In this document: one piece after another, positions 1 through 9,701 of the stretch
Numbering within the stretch: position 1 is the stretch's first letter
How the letters are laid out: each line of letters begins with the position of its first letter
Source of the DNA: an uncultured bacterium
GTDB taxonomy: Bacteria; Verrucomicrobiota; Verrucomicrobiia; Limisphaerales; UBA8199
DNA: 64,000 nt
Direction of reading: 5' to 3'
NCBI GenBank assembly: GCA_963749495.1
Contig: CAVVMW010000001.1
Location: forward strand, 192,001-256,000
Position numbers and translations under genes: made by a program
Notes under the pieces: generated by a model
What the model was told of the DNA's origin: nothing
The model's database searches: none
The model's input: the letters and a program-made list of their open reading frames with translations, nothing else

Positions 1-426
1 GGCGCCGAGTTGCGGCAGGCCCTTGAGGGCTGGCAGGGATTCGCGCAAGCCCCGGGCCGCCTCAGGGCAGGACAGGGCCTCAAGGGCAGTGCGGGCGGCG
101 GTGGCCAGTTGCGGGTGGTCCAGCAATTCGCGGAGTGCAGGCACGGAGCGCTCGGTGCCGATCAGGGCCAGCTTGGAACAGATATACTCGCGGGCAACAT
201 CGGAGCCGCCGGCGCCCAGGATGGCGGCAAGTTGCCGTTCGAGTGGGCTGCGCGCCGAGCCCTGCTCGGGCTCGATGCTGGCGGCGGCCACGGCCTGGTC
301 GAGCGGCAAGAGCGCGGCGCGCCCGCTGCCGCGGTCGTAGGTCTTTAGCGCATCGAGGGCCTGGGCCAGGGCCGCAGGCGCGGGACCGGAGTCTTTGGCG
401 GAAGCAGTGGGGTTTGGCATAGTCAT
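1..426 (-). CDS. HEAT-repeat protein, 5' part (runs off window edge)
   Basis: Own translation from ATG at 426, which overlaps the upstream stop (ATGA): MTMPNPTAS...AREYICSKLALIGTERSVPALRELLDHPQLATAARTALEAL, a HEAT/PBS-like helical repeat pattern. Probable indel near 50. Confidence 0.7.
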   Translation of the reverse strand, partial: MTMPNPTASAKDSGPAPAALAQALDALKTYDRGSGRAALLPLDQAVAAASIEPEQGSARSPLERQLAAILGAGGSDVAREYICSKLALIGTERSVPALRELLDHPQLATAARTALEALSCPEAARGLRESLPALKGLPQLGA

Positions 427-2096
427 TGTTGCGCTGCTTTGAGCGACGCATCATTGAAGCTCTCGATACGCGCCTTGAGTTTCGAAAGGGCTTCAGGCCC
501 GTTGTCCGGGCATTCCAGGCAGAAGAGGCTTGGGTGGAGGCCCAGGCGGCGGACTTCGAGCAGGAAGGCCGGGACCGGGTCGGGGCGGGCGGGGTCCTGC
601 AAGGCGGGCAACTCGACGGCGATCAATCGGTCCTTCAACGCCCGCAGGGCGAGGGCCGGATCGATGCCGGTGCGGAGCCAATCGTCGAGGCGCGCGGCGG
701 CGCCCAGGCGCGGGCTGCGGTGGCGGCAGGCCTCCAGCACGGCCTCGGACCTGGCATAATGCGGGGCGGACTTCGCTCCGCAGTCGTGCAAGGCCAGCTT
801 GATGTCGTATTCGTCACAGAGCCTCTCGACCATATCGAGGTCCTTGGGCTCGGGTTCAGAGATGAAGACCTCGATGCCCATTCTCCGAGCGAACTCGAAC
901 CATGTGCGGCAGCCGGCCTCGTCGGCCGGGAAATCCGTGATATGGCAGGTCAGCAGGCGCAGGCCGGCTGGGGCCAATTTCAGGCGGACGGTTTCCAGGT
1001 CGGAGTCAGAGAGCAGCGGACCCAGTTCCTTGGGGATGTCCCGGCTGACCTGTTGGCCGGCGGAGGCGCCGACGCAGCCGAGGCCGAGTCGGGCGGCGGC
1101 ATCAATGGCCTGGAAGAGGGTGGACTTGGCCGCTGGCCGGAAGGCGAGGGCCAGCCGCCAGCCCAGTTGCTCCTGGGCGCGCACGGCAGGGGTCAGCCTG
1201 GCGCTGGGCGTAGTGGGCGCGGGCAAATCACCAAGGGCGAACTGAAGAGCGCCAAGGTAGAACTCGAGCATTTTGGCGTCCCAGAAGACCCGCGGGTTAT
1301 GAGCAATAGTACAGTAGAAGATGCGGCCGCGGCCGTAATTCCCTATCCAGGCCAGGGCATAATCGTTGTCGGCGCGGAAGCAGTCGCCCCGGGGCTGTCC
1401 CGCATTGACGTCCGTGCGCGCCGTATCGATGCTCAGCAACACCCGGAGCCGGTTGCGGGAATAGGGGTCGTGTACACGGAAGAACTCATCGCGATAGTCA
1501 AAGCCCTGGCCGCCGAAAACGCGCGTGAGCGGGTGATCGGGTTCTTCGACTCTGAGCCAGACGTGCTCGTCGCTGTCCTTGTGGTTGGCCCCGCGGGCGC
1601 CGATGAGGAACCCGAACTCCGGCCAGTCCTCGATTGCCCCCGGCCAGCGCGTGAAGGCCACGGTAGTGCCGTGTACGCCCAGCAACCCGCCGCCGCCCAT
1701 AACAAAGTCGGCGAGATTCTGTCGCCATTGCCGATTCGTGAAGCAGTTGCCCACGGTGTTATTGAAGAAGACTGCATCGAATTGTCTCAGGCTCTCGCGC
1801 TCAAAGACCGCCGGGTCGTCGCTCACCGTGGTCTGGAAGGCGCCGGTCTTGAGGCCCATCCGGGTGAAGGCCTCGTTGGCGTATGCGATCGAGGGGTGCC
1901 CCCCGTAGCCGACGTTGAGGGTGAAGATGAGCAACCGGCGCGGCCTGGCAGGGTGAGCGGGCGCCTGGCTGGGCAGGGCCTGCTCGATGCGAGCCACGTC
2001 CTCAGCATTCTTGACAAAAACCTCGGCGCCGCCCGCCGCCCCACCTACAACCAGCGCGGCCGCCAAAACCAGAGAATGAACTCTGCCGGGTTTCAT
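423..2096 (-). CDS. Secreted ThuA-like domain protein fused to a xylose-isomerase-like TIM barrel
   Basis: ORF 423..2240 with likely start MKPGR at 2096 followed by a signal peptide. ThuA-like motifs GHPSI, FDAVFFNNT, GVHG, DEFF, YGRGRIFY. C-terminal sugar-phosphate isomerase/epimerase-like domain. Confidence 0.75.
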   Translation of the reverse strand: MKPGRVHSLVLAAALVVGGAAGGAEVFVKNAEDVARIEQALPSQAPAHPARPRRLLIFTLNVGYGGHPSIAYANEAFTRMGLKTGAFQTTVSDDPAVFERESLRQFDAVFFNNTVGNCFTNRQWRQNLADFVMGGGGLLGVHGTTVAFTRWPGAIEDWPEFGFLIGARGANHKDSDEHVWLRVEEPDHPLTRVFGGQGFDYRDEFFRVHDPYSRNRLRVLLSIDTARTDVNAGQPRGDCFRADNDYALAWIGNYGRGRIFYCTIAHNPRVFWDAKMLEFYLGALQFALGDLPAPTTPSARLTPAVRAQEQLGWRLALAFRPAAKSTLFQAIDAAARLGLGCVGASAGQQVSRDIPKELGPLLSDSDLETVRLKLAPAGLRLLTCHITDFPADEAGCRTWFEFARRMGIEVFISEPEPKDLDMVERLCDEYDIKLALHDCGAKSAPHYARSEAVLEACRHRSPRLGAAARLDDWLRTGIDPALALRALKDRLIAVELPALQDPARPDPVPAFLLEVRRLGLHPSLFCLECPDNGPEALSKLKARIESFNDASLKAAQQ

Positions 2097-2111
2097 GGCT
2101 CGAATTCCGCC

Positions 2112-2298
2112 CTCCGCTCCGGATCTGAAATCCATGATTTGGAATTTGAGGGAGGAAAGGGACATAAGCGACATAAGGGACATAAGGGACTCTCCTGCTC
2201 CGCATCTGAAGTTTGTGATTTGAGATTTGAGATCTGGCATTCGTCATTCGTCATTCGTCATTCGTGGACTGTGGACTGTGGACTGTGGACTGTGGACT
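2112..2298. repeat. Composite tandem arrays: 9-mer AGGGACATA x3.5, then GATTTGA, CATTCGT x3-4, GGACTGT x4-5
   Basis: Read directly from the sequence. The 9-mer array (2158-2190) sits between imperfect direct repeats at 2112-2150 and 2192-2231. Confidence 0.9.
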
Positions 2299-2300
2299 CA

Positions 2301-3771
2301 TCACGCCCTCCACGGCGCCCGCATCGCCCGGGACAACAACCGATTGGCGGCATCGTCATTGGCGAACTGCTCCCTGGCCGGGTCCCACTTGAGGGAGCGT
2401 CCGAGCCAGCAGGCGATGTTGGCCAGGTGGCCCAGGGAAGCGGAGCGGTGGCCGATCTCCTCGTCGGCGCTGGGCGCCTGGCGCGTGTGGAGGCACTCCA
2501 GCCAGTTGGCGTGGTGGGTGTTCGAGCCTATGTTGACCTCCGGCGTTCGCTTCAGGCCCATCTCGTCGAAGAGCGTTTCGGGTTCTCCTTCGAGCTGGCC
2601 GCCGGCGGACATGGTCGTGAGCCAGCCGCGTTCTCCCACGAAGACACCGCCGAAGTTGCCCGCGAGGCGCGCGGCCGGGGGCACCGCGTGATAAACGTCC
2701 TTGACCACGCCCCAGTGATCCACAAAGTGCAGCAGCGTCCCGTTCTGGTATTTGCAGGTGAGCGTGGGATAATTGCCGGCAGCCGGGTGAATGACCTCGA
2801 CCGGGCCGCTGCGCTCACAGCCGAGCGCCCACTGGATCACGTCCGCCGCGTGGGAGAGGAACCAGGTCGAGGAGGTCACCCCAAAGGCCTCGCAGAACGA
2901 CCAGGGCACCACGCCCGGAGAGGGGTTGATGTGGTAGAGACGGTTGTAAGGGCGCCAGGGGGCCGGACCCACCCATAGGTCCCAGTCCAATCCCTCGGGC
3001 ACTGGTTCTGCCGGGAGGGCAAAATCCATCGGCACATACGCCCGGCCGCAGCGGTCCAGGTCCAGCACCGGCGCATAGGGTTTGAACCGCTCGGCGCCCA
3101 TGAAGCTGGAGAGCGGTTCGTAAGGCGTGAAGACCGCCTTGACCCGGCCGAGCCGTCCCTCGCGGATGAACTGGCACACCTTCCGGATGGCGGGGATGGA
3201 ACGGTACCTGCGTGCCGGTTTGGAAGACCCGCCCGTAGCGGCGCATGGTTTGCGCCAGGCGCCGCCCTTCCCGGAGTGTCACCGAGAGCGGCTTCTCGCA
3301 GTAAACGTCCTTGCCCGCCTTGGCGGCCTCGATGGATTGCAGGCTGTGCCAGTGGTCGGGCGTGACAATCACGACGGCATCGATGTCGGGCCGCGCGAGG
3401 ACCTCGCGGTAGTCATTAGAGGCGGCGCAGCCGCGGTAACTGCCGGCGGGCCGCGTCGCCGCATAGATCGCGTCGACCGCGCTCCGGCCCGCCTCGCGCC
3501 GGGTGCGGTCCACATCGCACACGGCCAGCACCTCGAACGCGCGGTCATACGCCAGGCGGTGCAGATGGCCGCCGCCCATGGCGCCCTTGCCGATGATGCC
3601 GACGTTGACCCGGCTGCTGGGAGGCACGGTGCCATCAGCCCCAAGCACCGTGAGCGGCGCCAACTGCGGCAAGGCCGCCAGCCCGGCAGCAGCCGCGGTT
3701 TGACGGAGAAACGCCCGGCGGCTGACCCCTGCCACCTCGGGGCGAACGGAACGGCGGCGCTGGCTATTCAT
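2301..3771 (-). CDS. Tat-exported Gfo/Idh/MocA family oxidoreductase (frameshift near 3208)
   Basis: SRRAFL Tat motif, GIIGKGAMG, TPDHWH and CEKP in ORF 2815..3771; C-terminal half lies in ORF 2301..3179. One extra G joins them as GTQYRSIP. Confidence 0.85.
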
Positions 3772-3941
3772 TGGATAGAATCAATGTGAAAGTTGCCGCT
3801 CACAGGCGTAGCACGGCCAGGCGCAGCGGGTCAAGGACCGTTCGGTCGAGAAGCCCGGGCAGGGGCGTAGGACAAGAATCTGCACAAAAGGGATTTTGCT
3901 TGGCTTTCGTCACGAGAATTGGCTAGCCTATAAGGATCCCC

Positions 3942-4170
3942 CGAACGAATTCGCGCTTTGCGCCCCTGAACCTCGACACTGCGTCCCCGTCCCGCGTAGC
4001 GTTTTGGACTGCCGCAGTCCAAAACCTTCGGACTTGGTGTCGGTTCATGCGGAGGGCGCCACAACCCTCTGGCGCCCTCAGGGCGCGTGGCCCAGGTTTG
4101 TGGCGAAACCCCAGGGCATCGGCCTGACGGCCTCAGCCCTGGCTAAATTCCGGCGGCCCGTTGGGCCGCG
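3942..4170. repeat. REP cluster: about 110-bp module repeated at about 46643-46750, plus a CCCAGGGCATCGGCC-type palindrome
   Basis: GAACGAATTCGCGCTTTGCGCCCCTGAACCTCGACACTGCG...TTTTGGACTGCCGCAGTCCAAAACC...GGTTCATG is nearly identical in both places. 4110-4142 matches 7519-7552. Confidence 0.85.
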
Positions 4171-4307
4171 AGGCAGAGCAGGAAAGGCGGCTCATTCTCT
4201 CTTCACTTTTCCGGGGCCCCTTCATGAATCTGTCAGCAGCGCCTTCGCCCGCTGGCGCATCCCCTTTTTTCCTTTATTCCCTGCCCTGGCGCCATTACGG
4301 TACGGGC

Positions 4308-5732
4308 GTGCCATCTCCAGTAATCAGCATAGCCCAGATGCGGGATTGGGAGCAGGCCACGTGGGCGGCGGGCCAGACGGAGTCGGAGGTCATTCGCCGG
4401 GTGGGCCGGTGCGTGGGGCGGGCGGCGCTGAGGCTGACCCAGCCCAAGGACCTGGTGCTGTTAGTGGCGGGCAAGGGCCATAACGGGGAGGATGCGCGGT
4501 GCGCTCGGGAGCACCTGGCGCAGCGGCGGGTGGAGACGCTGGATGTAACGGACCCTGCGGCGGACCTGCCGCGGTTGGAGGCGCTGCTCGCGCTGCGGCC
4601 GGCGCTGATTGTCGACGGGCTGTTCGGCATCGGGCTGGACCGGCCGCTGAGCGCGGAGTGGGTGCGTTTGGTGGAGCGGGTGAACGAGGCCGGGACGGCT
4701 GTCCTGGCGGTGGATGTCCCGTCGGGTCTGCACGCCGACACCGGAGAGCCACAGGGCGCGGCCATCCGCGCCGCGCTCACGCTGACGGTGGGCGCCCCCA
4801 AGGCCGGGTTGCTCCGCAGCGCGGCCTGGCCGTACGTGGGGCGGCTCGAGGTGGCGTCGGACGTCGGGCTGGTCCCTTGCCCGTTGTCGAGCGAGCTGTG
4901 GTGGACACTGCCGGAGGATTTTGCCGGCTTTCCCGCCCGGCGCCAGGCAGCCACACATAAGGGCAGCTACGGTCATGTTGGCATTATGGCGGGCAGCCTG
5001 GGCTACCATGGCGCGGCGGTGCTGGCGGCGCGCGGGGCGCAGCGGGCCCAGCCCGGCCTCATCACGCTCTATACCCTGGAGGCGATCTATCACGCCTGCG
5101 CCGCCCAACTGCAGGCGGTCATGGTCTCGCCCTGGGAGCCGGCGGGCAAACTGCCCGGCTCGCACACCGCGGCGCTGCTGGGGCCCGGCCTGGCCGCCGC
5201 CGGCCTGGCTGAGCAGATGAAACTGGTGGCGCGCAATTTGTGGCGTGACCCCGCGCTGCCGCTGGTCGTGGATGCCAGCGCCCTGGACTGGCTGGCCCTG
5301 GACGCCGTGGACCGCAATGCCCTGCGTGTGGTCACTCCGCACCCGGGTGAGGCCGGCCGGCTGCTGCGCTGGTCCGCTCAGCAGGTCCAGGCCAACCGCC
5401 TGGCCGCAGTGCGCGAGATCTCCAAACGGCTCGGAAACACTTGGGTCGTCCTCAAAGGCCACCAGACCTTCATCGGCCGCAGCAGCGGCCAGGTCTTTGT
5501 CAACTCCTCGGGCAACCCCTTTCTGGCCCAGGGCGGGAGCGGCAACGTGCTGGCCGGCTATATGGCCGGCCTGCTCGCCCAACCCGACCTCCAAGAGGAC
5601 CCGCTCAAGACGCTCCGTTATGCCGTCTGGCAACACGGCGCCGCCGCCGATTGCCTCCTGGCCTCGCGCCCCAATTGGGTTGTCGAGGAGCTGTTGGGCG
5701 AACTGGGGCGGCAGAGGGCCAGTGCGGAATGA
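4308..5732 (+). CDS. nnr: Bifunctional NAD(P)H-hydrate epimerase/dehydratase (YjeF/Nnr)
   Basis: GKGHNGED, IVDGLFGIG, AVDVPSG, HKGSYG, VVDASAL, TPHPGEA, VLKG, GGSG(N)VLAG. GTG start at 4308 inferred. Confidence 0.9.
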   Translation: MPSPVISIAQMRDWEQATWAAGQTESEVIRRVGRCVGRAALRLTQPKDLVLLVAGKGHNGEDARCAREHLAQRRVETLDVTDPAADLPRLEALLALRPALIVDGLFGIGLDRPLSAEWVRLVERVNEAGTAVLAVDVPSGLHADTGEPQGAAIRAALTLTVGAPKAGLLRSAAWPYVGRLEVASDVGLVPCPLSSELWWTLPEDFAGFPARRQAATHKGSYGHVGIMAGSLGYHGAAVLAARGAQRAQPGLITLYTLEAIYHACAAQLQAVMVSPWEPAGKLPGSHTAALLGPGLAAAGLAEQMKLVARNLWRDPALPLVVDASALDWLALDAVDRNALRVVTPHPGEAGRLLRWSAQQVQANRLAAVREISKRLGNTWVVLKGHQTFIGRSSGQVFVNSSGNPFLAQGGSGNVLAGYMAGLLAQPDLQEDPLKTLRYAVWQHGAAADCLLASRPNWVVEELLGELGRQRASAE

Positions 5733-5750
5733 CGAATGACGAATGACGAA
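5727..5750 (+). repeat. Heptamer array GAATGAC x3.5 overlapping the nnr stop codon
   Basis: The first unit supplies the TGA stop. Confidence 0.85.
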
Positions 5751-5820
5751 CCGGCAAGGGGGCGCATCTCATCTTTGTCGAGCCCGGCCGAACCGAGCGA
5801 TGGGAGCGCACGTCCGAACT

Positions 5821-5912
5821 CGCGAAGCGTTTTGGACTGCGGCAGTCCTCTGCCGCTTTTTGGACCCTGGGGACGCGAAAGCGCCAGAGGACTGGCGCAG
5901 TCCAAAACCTTG
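5821..5912. repeat. REP doublet (GCGTTTTGGACTGCGGCAGTCCTCTGCCGCTTT and its inverted copy)
   Basis: Near-identical copy at 23040-23135; half copies near 4000 and 46700. Confidence 0.85.
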
Positions 5913-6043
5913 CGGGCTTCCCGACGCCGCGCTCCAATTGCATGGCTTGCCGAGGGCCCACAACGGCGGGATGCGCCCCCGCCGATTCAGCAGCCCTGAT
6001 TTTTCTTTCTTTGGAAGGGGCGATTTGGTATCGAGAGGTCATT

Positions 6044-7048
6044 GTGAGCAGACTCAGTTTCATCGTCGGTTTATTGGTTTGCGGGCTGCTGGCTGGGATA
6101 GCCCGCGCGGATACGTACAAACTGGCCAACGGCCAGGACCTGGTTGGGGAAATCCTCTCCAGCTCCGCCAATGACCAGGGAGTGCAGGTCAAGATCGGAG
6201 AGGGCGAATACAAACAGGTGCCCTGGGCGAGTTTTTCACAGGATGATTTGAAGCGGTTCCTCAGGAACCCCAAATTCGAGCCGTTCGTCGAGCCGTTGAT
6301 CGAGGTCTCTCCCCAGGAGAAGCGGCAGAGAACCGAGGTCACGCTCAAGCAGCCGCCCCGGCTGGAGCACCCCGCCAAGGGCTCTCTGCCCGGCGCCCTC
6401 TTTTCCTCCGGCCTTGGCGTGTTGGTCCTGCTGCTCCTCTACGCGGCCAATATCTATGCGGGCTTCGAGATAGCCATTTTCCGCGCCCAACCGCTGGGAT
6501 TGGTCTGCGGGGCCGCCGCCGTGCTGCCCATCATAGGCCCTGTCATTTTCCTGTCCATGCCCAGGCGGCTGCAGCCCTCGGCCGAAGTCATGCCCGGCCC
6601 CGGAGGCGCCCCCGAGGGCGCACCCGCCGGGACGCTTGCCGCAGCGGGGGCGGCGGCCGCAACCGCCGGGGCGGCCGAGGACGACCTCAACCCGATGCGG
6701 GCCGACGGCGCCACGCACCCGACGGCGCTCAAACTGGCGCACAGCGGGAGCGAGCAAAAGGCCTCGCTGCCGCCGGCCACGACCTTCCAGCGCGGCCAAT
6801 TCACCTTCAACCGCCGCTTTTTCGAGACCAAGTTCGCCGGTTTCTTCAGCGTGGTCCGCCGGGATGCGGATAAGGACATGGTCCTGGTCGTCAAGGCGGC
6901 GCGGGGTGAATATGTGGCCCAGCGGATCAGCCGGATTGCCGCCAACGACTTGCACTTGCTGGTCCAGCGCGGCCCTGCCTCCGAGGAGGTCATGGTCCCT
7001 TTCCAGGAGATCCAGCAGATCCAACTGCGGCACAAGGACGCCAAGTAG
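6044..7048 (+). CDS. Hypothetical membrane protein
   Basis: Signal peptide, two hydrophobic segments, Ala/Pro linker and soluble C-terminal domain; coding-like GC3 bias. Confidence 0.75.
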   Translation: MSRLSFIVGLLVCGLLAGIARADTYKLANGQDLVGEILSSSANDQGVQVKIGEGEYKQVPWASFSQDDLKRFLRNPKFEPFVEPLIEVSPQEKRQRTEVTLKQPPRLEHPAKGSLPGALFSSGLGVLVLLLLYAANIYAGFEIAIFRAQPLGLVCGAAAVLPIIGPVIFLSMPRRLQPSAEVMPGPGGAPEGAPAGTLAAAGAAAATAGAAEDDLNPMRADGATHPTALKLAHSGSEQKASLPPATTFQRGQFTFNRRFFETKFAGFFSVVRRDADKDMVLVVKAARGEYVAQRISRIAANDLHLLVQRGPASEEVMVPFQEIQQIQLRHKDAK

Positions 7049-7055
7049 GGCAGCG

Positions 7056-7322
7056 ATGATGCAGCAATTCGGCGAGTTCATTGCCAGCGAGCTTTACTGT
7101 CCCAAGTGCCGGGTGGCGCAGCCGGTGCGGGAGCGGTTGCTGCTGGTGCTGCCCACGGGGGAGCTGCACGAGTTGCTCTGTTCCAGGTGCGGCTCCTCGC
7201 TGGGCAAGCGCACGGTGACGGGCCCGGCGGTTGCGGCCAGGGCCCCGGCGCCAATCGAGCCCGAAACGCCCGCCAGCCTCGAGGCGGAGGCTGCTGCGCT
7301 GAGAGGAAATATCACATTGTGA
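7056..7322 (+). CDS. Small zinc-ribbon protein
   Basis: MMQQFGEF...YCPKC...LLCSRCG (two CxxC motifs); starts 7 nt after the previous stop. Confidence 0.7.
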   Translation: MMQQFGEFIASELYCPKCRVAQPVRERLLLVLPTGELHELLCSRCGSSLGKRTVTGPAVAARAPAPIEPETPASLEAEAAALRGNITL

Positions 7323-7366
7323 GTTGACTTTAGAGGCAATGAGCCAGCTTCCGTATTGTGCCTCGC

Positions 7367-7580
7367 GGCCCAACGGGTCGCCAGAACCTAGCCCAGGGCT
7401 GAGGCCGGCAGGCCGATGCCCTGGGGTTGGGCCACCGAACCGGGCTGGGCGCCCTGAAGGGGCGCCAGAGCTCTGTGGCGCCCCTTCAGGGCGCGCCGGA
7501 TCGTGCTCGGGCCTGTCTCCCAGGGCATCGGCCTGGCGGCCTCAGCCCTGGGGTGGGTTCTGCCGGCCCTTTGGGCCGGA
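7367..7580. repeat. REP cluster (AGCCCAGGGCTGAGGCC.../GCCCTGAAGGGGCG... inverted pairs)
   Basis: Nested inverted repeats related to 4053-4170. Confidence 0.8.
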
Positions 7581-7703
7581 GATTGGGGCTCACCGGACGA
7601 CCGGGACAAGCCGACCCTTGCGTATGAAGTCAAGCGCCAGTCAATCAGCAATGGCACATTTATTCTGCACACCCGCGTAGGACCCCGGGCTCCCGATCCC
7701 GAC

Positions 7704-8700
7704 ATGGCTGACACGTCCGACAGGTCCGGCACGTCTGCGCTGCGAATCATCTTCATGGGCACGGCGGGGTTGTCCTGCGTCAGCCTGGAGGCGCTGGCCG
7801 ACACGCCCGGGTTCCAGGTTGTGGGGGTGGTCACACAGCCGGACCGGCCCAAGGGGCGGGAGTTGAGGGTGCAGCCCTCTCCGGTCAAGGCCCTGGCGCT
7901 CCAGAGGGGCCTGCCGGTGCTGCAGCCGGAACGGGCGCGCGACCCCGCCTTCGCAGCCCAACTGGAGGGCCTGCGGCCCGACTTGATCGCCGTCGCGGCG
8001 TTCGGCCAGATCCTGGCGCAGTCGATCCTGGACTTGCCGCGGTTGGGCTGCCTGAACGTCCACACCTCCCTGCTCCCCAAGTACCGAGGCGCCGCTCCCA
8101 TCCAATGGGCCATCCTCAACGGCGACTCCGAGACCGGAGTCACAATCATGGAGATGGACGCCGGCCTGGACACGGGCTCGATCCTGACTCAGGAAGCGAC
8201 TCCCATTCGCCCCGAGGATGACGCCCAGGTACTCTACGACCGATTGGCCGCCATGGGGGCCAGGCTCCTGGCGCAGACCATCCCGGGTTACGCCGCCGGG
8301 GCTATCCGCCCCAGGCCCCAACCCAAAGGCCGGCGTGAGTTATGCGCCCAAGATCAAGAAGCAGGATGGGGAGATCGCCTGGAGCGAGCCGGCCCAGGCG
8401 ATCTGGAATCGCGTCCGCGGGCTGGTCCCCTGGCCGGGCGCCTTCACGTTCCTTGCCGGCGGGCCGCAAGCTCCGCCTCAACTGCTCAAGGTCTGGCGGG
8501 CGGAAGTCGCCGATGGGTCAGGCCCCCCGGGTGAGGTCCTGCGGGCCGACAAGGCCGGCATCGTCGTCGGGTGCGGCAGCCGGGCCCTGCGCATCCTGGC
8601 CGTTCAGCGCGAGGGCGGCCGGCGCCTCAATGCGCAGGAGTTTCTGGCCGGACATCCCCTGCGGGCGGGGCAGAGACTCGGGGCGGGGCCCGGAGCCTGA
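7704..8700 (+). CDS. fmt: Methionyl-tRNA formyltransferase (frameshift near 8330)
   Basis: RIIFMGT, VVTQPDRPKGR, NVHTSLLPKYRGAAPIQWAI, MDAGLDTG; the C-terminal domain (SYAPKIKKQDG...PWPGAFT) is in another frame. Confidence 0.92.
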
Positions 8701-8763
8701 GAGCCTCCCGACTCCCACCCTCGGCCTCGCCCTGCTGGACTGGACTTCGGAGAACGGTCGTGT

Positions 8764-8835
8764 CTTTGTCGCAACCTTTGTCGCAACCTTTGTCGAAGCA
8801 TCGCCGATCCGACAAAGGTCTCGACAAAGGTTGCG
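8764..8835. repeat. REP built from 12-bp units (CTTTGTCGCAAC) in inverted arms
   Basis: Also at 12870-12903, 28389-28472 and 49015-49095. Confidence 0.9.
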
Positions 8836-8917
8836 GCAATGGTTGCCAAAGACACTCAAAGTCCTGTGCAGCACAGCCTGGCCCCTGACCCCTTGCCGGC
8901 GTGGGCGGCGGCTGTCA

Positions 8918-8984
8918 GACTGTGGACTGTGGACTGTGGACTGTGGACTGTGGACTGTGGACTGTGGACTCTGGACTCTGGACT
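8918..8984. repeat. Heptamer array GACTGTG x7 + GACTCTG x2
   Basis: Read directly; flanked by a 20-bp exact direct repeat (8892-8911 and 8995-9014). Confidence 0.95.
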
Positions 8985-8988
8985 ACTC

Positions 8989-9477
8989 TCACCTCTTGCC
9001 GGCGTGGGCGGCGGACTCGCGCTGGCGTTTCTTGCGCTGGTGGCGGGCGACGATTCCCTTGGTGGTGAAGTAGGCGGCCAGGGAGAAGGGGGCGCAACTG
9101 ACGATCGCACCGGCCAGCAGCGGCTTGCCAACGGCGAGAAACGTCGCCCAATGGCGCCAGGTCTGCCAGCCCAACGAGATATGGCGCAGGCCCGGCCATT
9201 GCCCGTTGAGGATCCAGCAGCCGAGGTCATATTCGAACAAATAGACCGCCCACATGACCGGAAAGGCGATTTCATGAGCGGTTGCGGCGAGCACCGCCGC
9301 CAGGACATTGCTGCGAGTAATCCAGGCGCAGAAAATGGCCAGCGCCGTCTTGAGGCCGAACACGGGGGCAAAGCCAAAGAAGACGCCGATGGCAACGCCC
9401 GCGGCGATGGCCTCGGGGGTGTCGCGAATGGCCAGCAGTTTCAATGAATGCTCATGCATCCAACGGCGCACATTCAT
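8989..9477 (-). CDS. DUF2062 family membrane protein
   Basis: DTPEAIAAGVAIGVFFGFAP...RSNVLAA pattern and a basic C-terminus. Confidence 0.85.
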   Translation of the reverse strand: MNVRRWMHEHSLKLLAIRDTPEAIAAGVAIGVFFGFAPVFGLKTALAIFCAWITRSNVLAAVLAATAHEIAFPVMWAVYLFEYDLGCWILNGQWPGLRHISLGWQTWRHWATFLAVGKPLLAGAIVSCAPFSLAAYFTTKGIVARHQRKKRQRESAAHAGKR

Positions 9478-9619
9478 AACTCACTTTATACCGCGCACTC
9501 GCGGAAAGGTTAAGCTTTTATTTGGAGCCTTCCCAAGAGCCTGGCAAAGGAAAACTCCGCCGCAGCTTCTGTCAACACCTTTGTCGCATCGTCAGTGGGG
9601 AGGCTTCGGCTTGAGCGAT

Positions 9620-9701
9620 ACAAGGGACAAAAGCGACACAAGGGACAAAAGGGACAAAGCAACGCGCGCCTCCGGCCTTTAGCCTTTAGCCTTTAGCCTT
9701 T
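9620..9701. repeat. 9-mer array (AAGGGACAA-like x4) and heptamer array AGCCTTT x4 overlapping the hisA stop
   Basis: Read directly; the hisA C-terminus KAKG* is encoded by the array. Confidence 0.85.
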
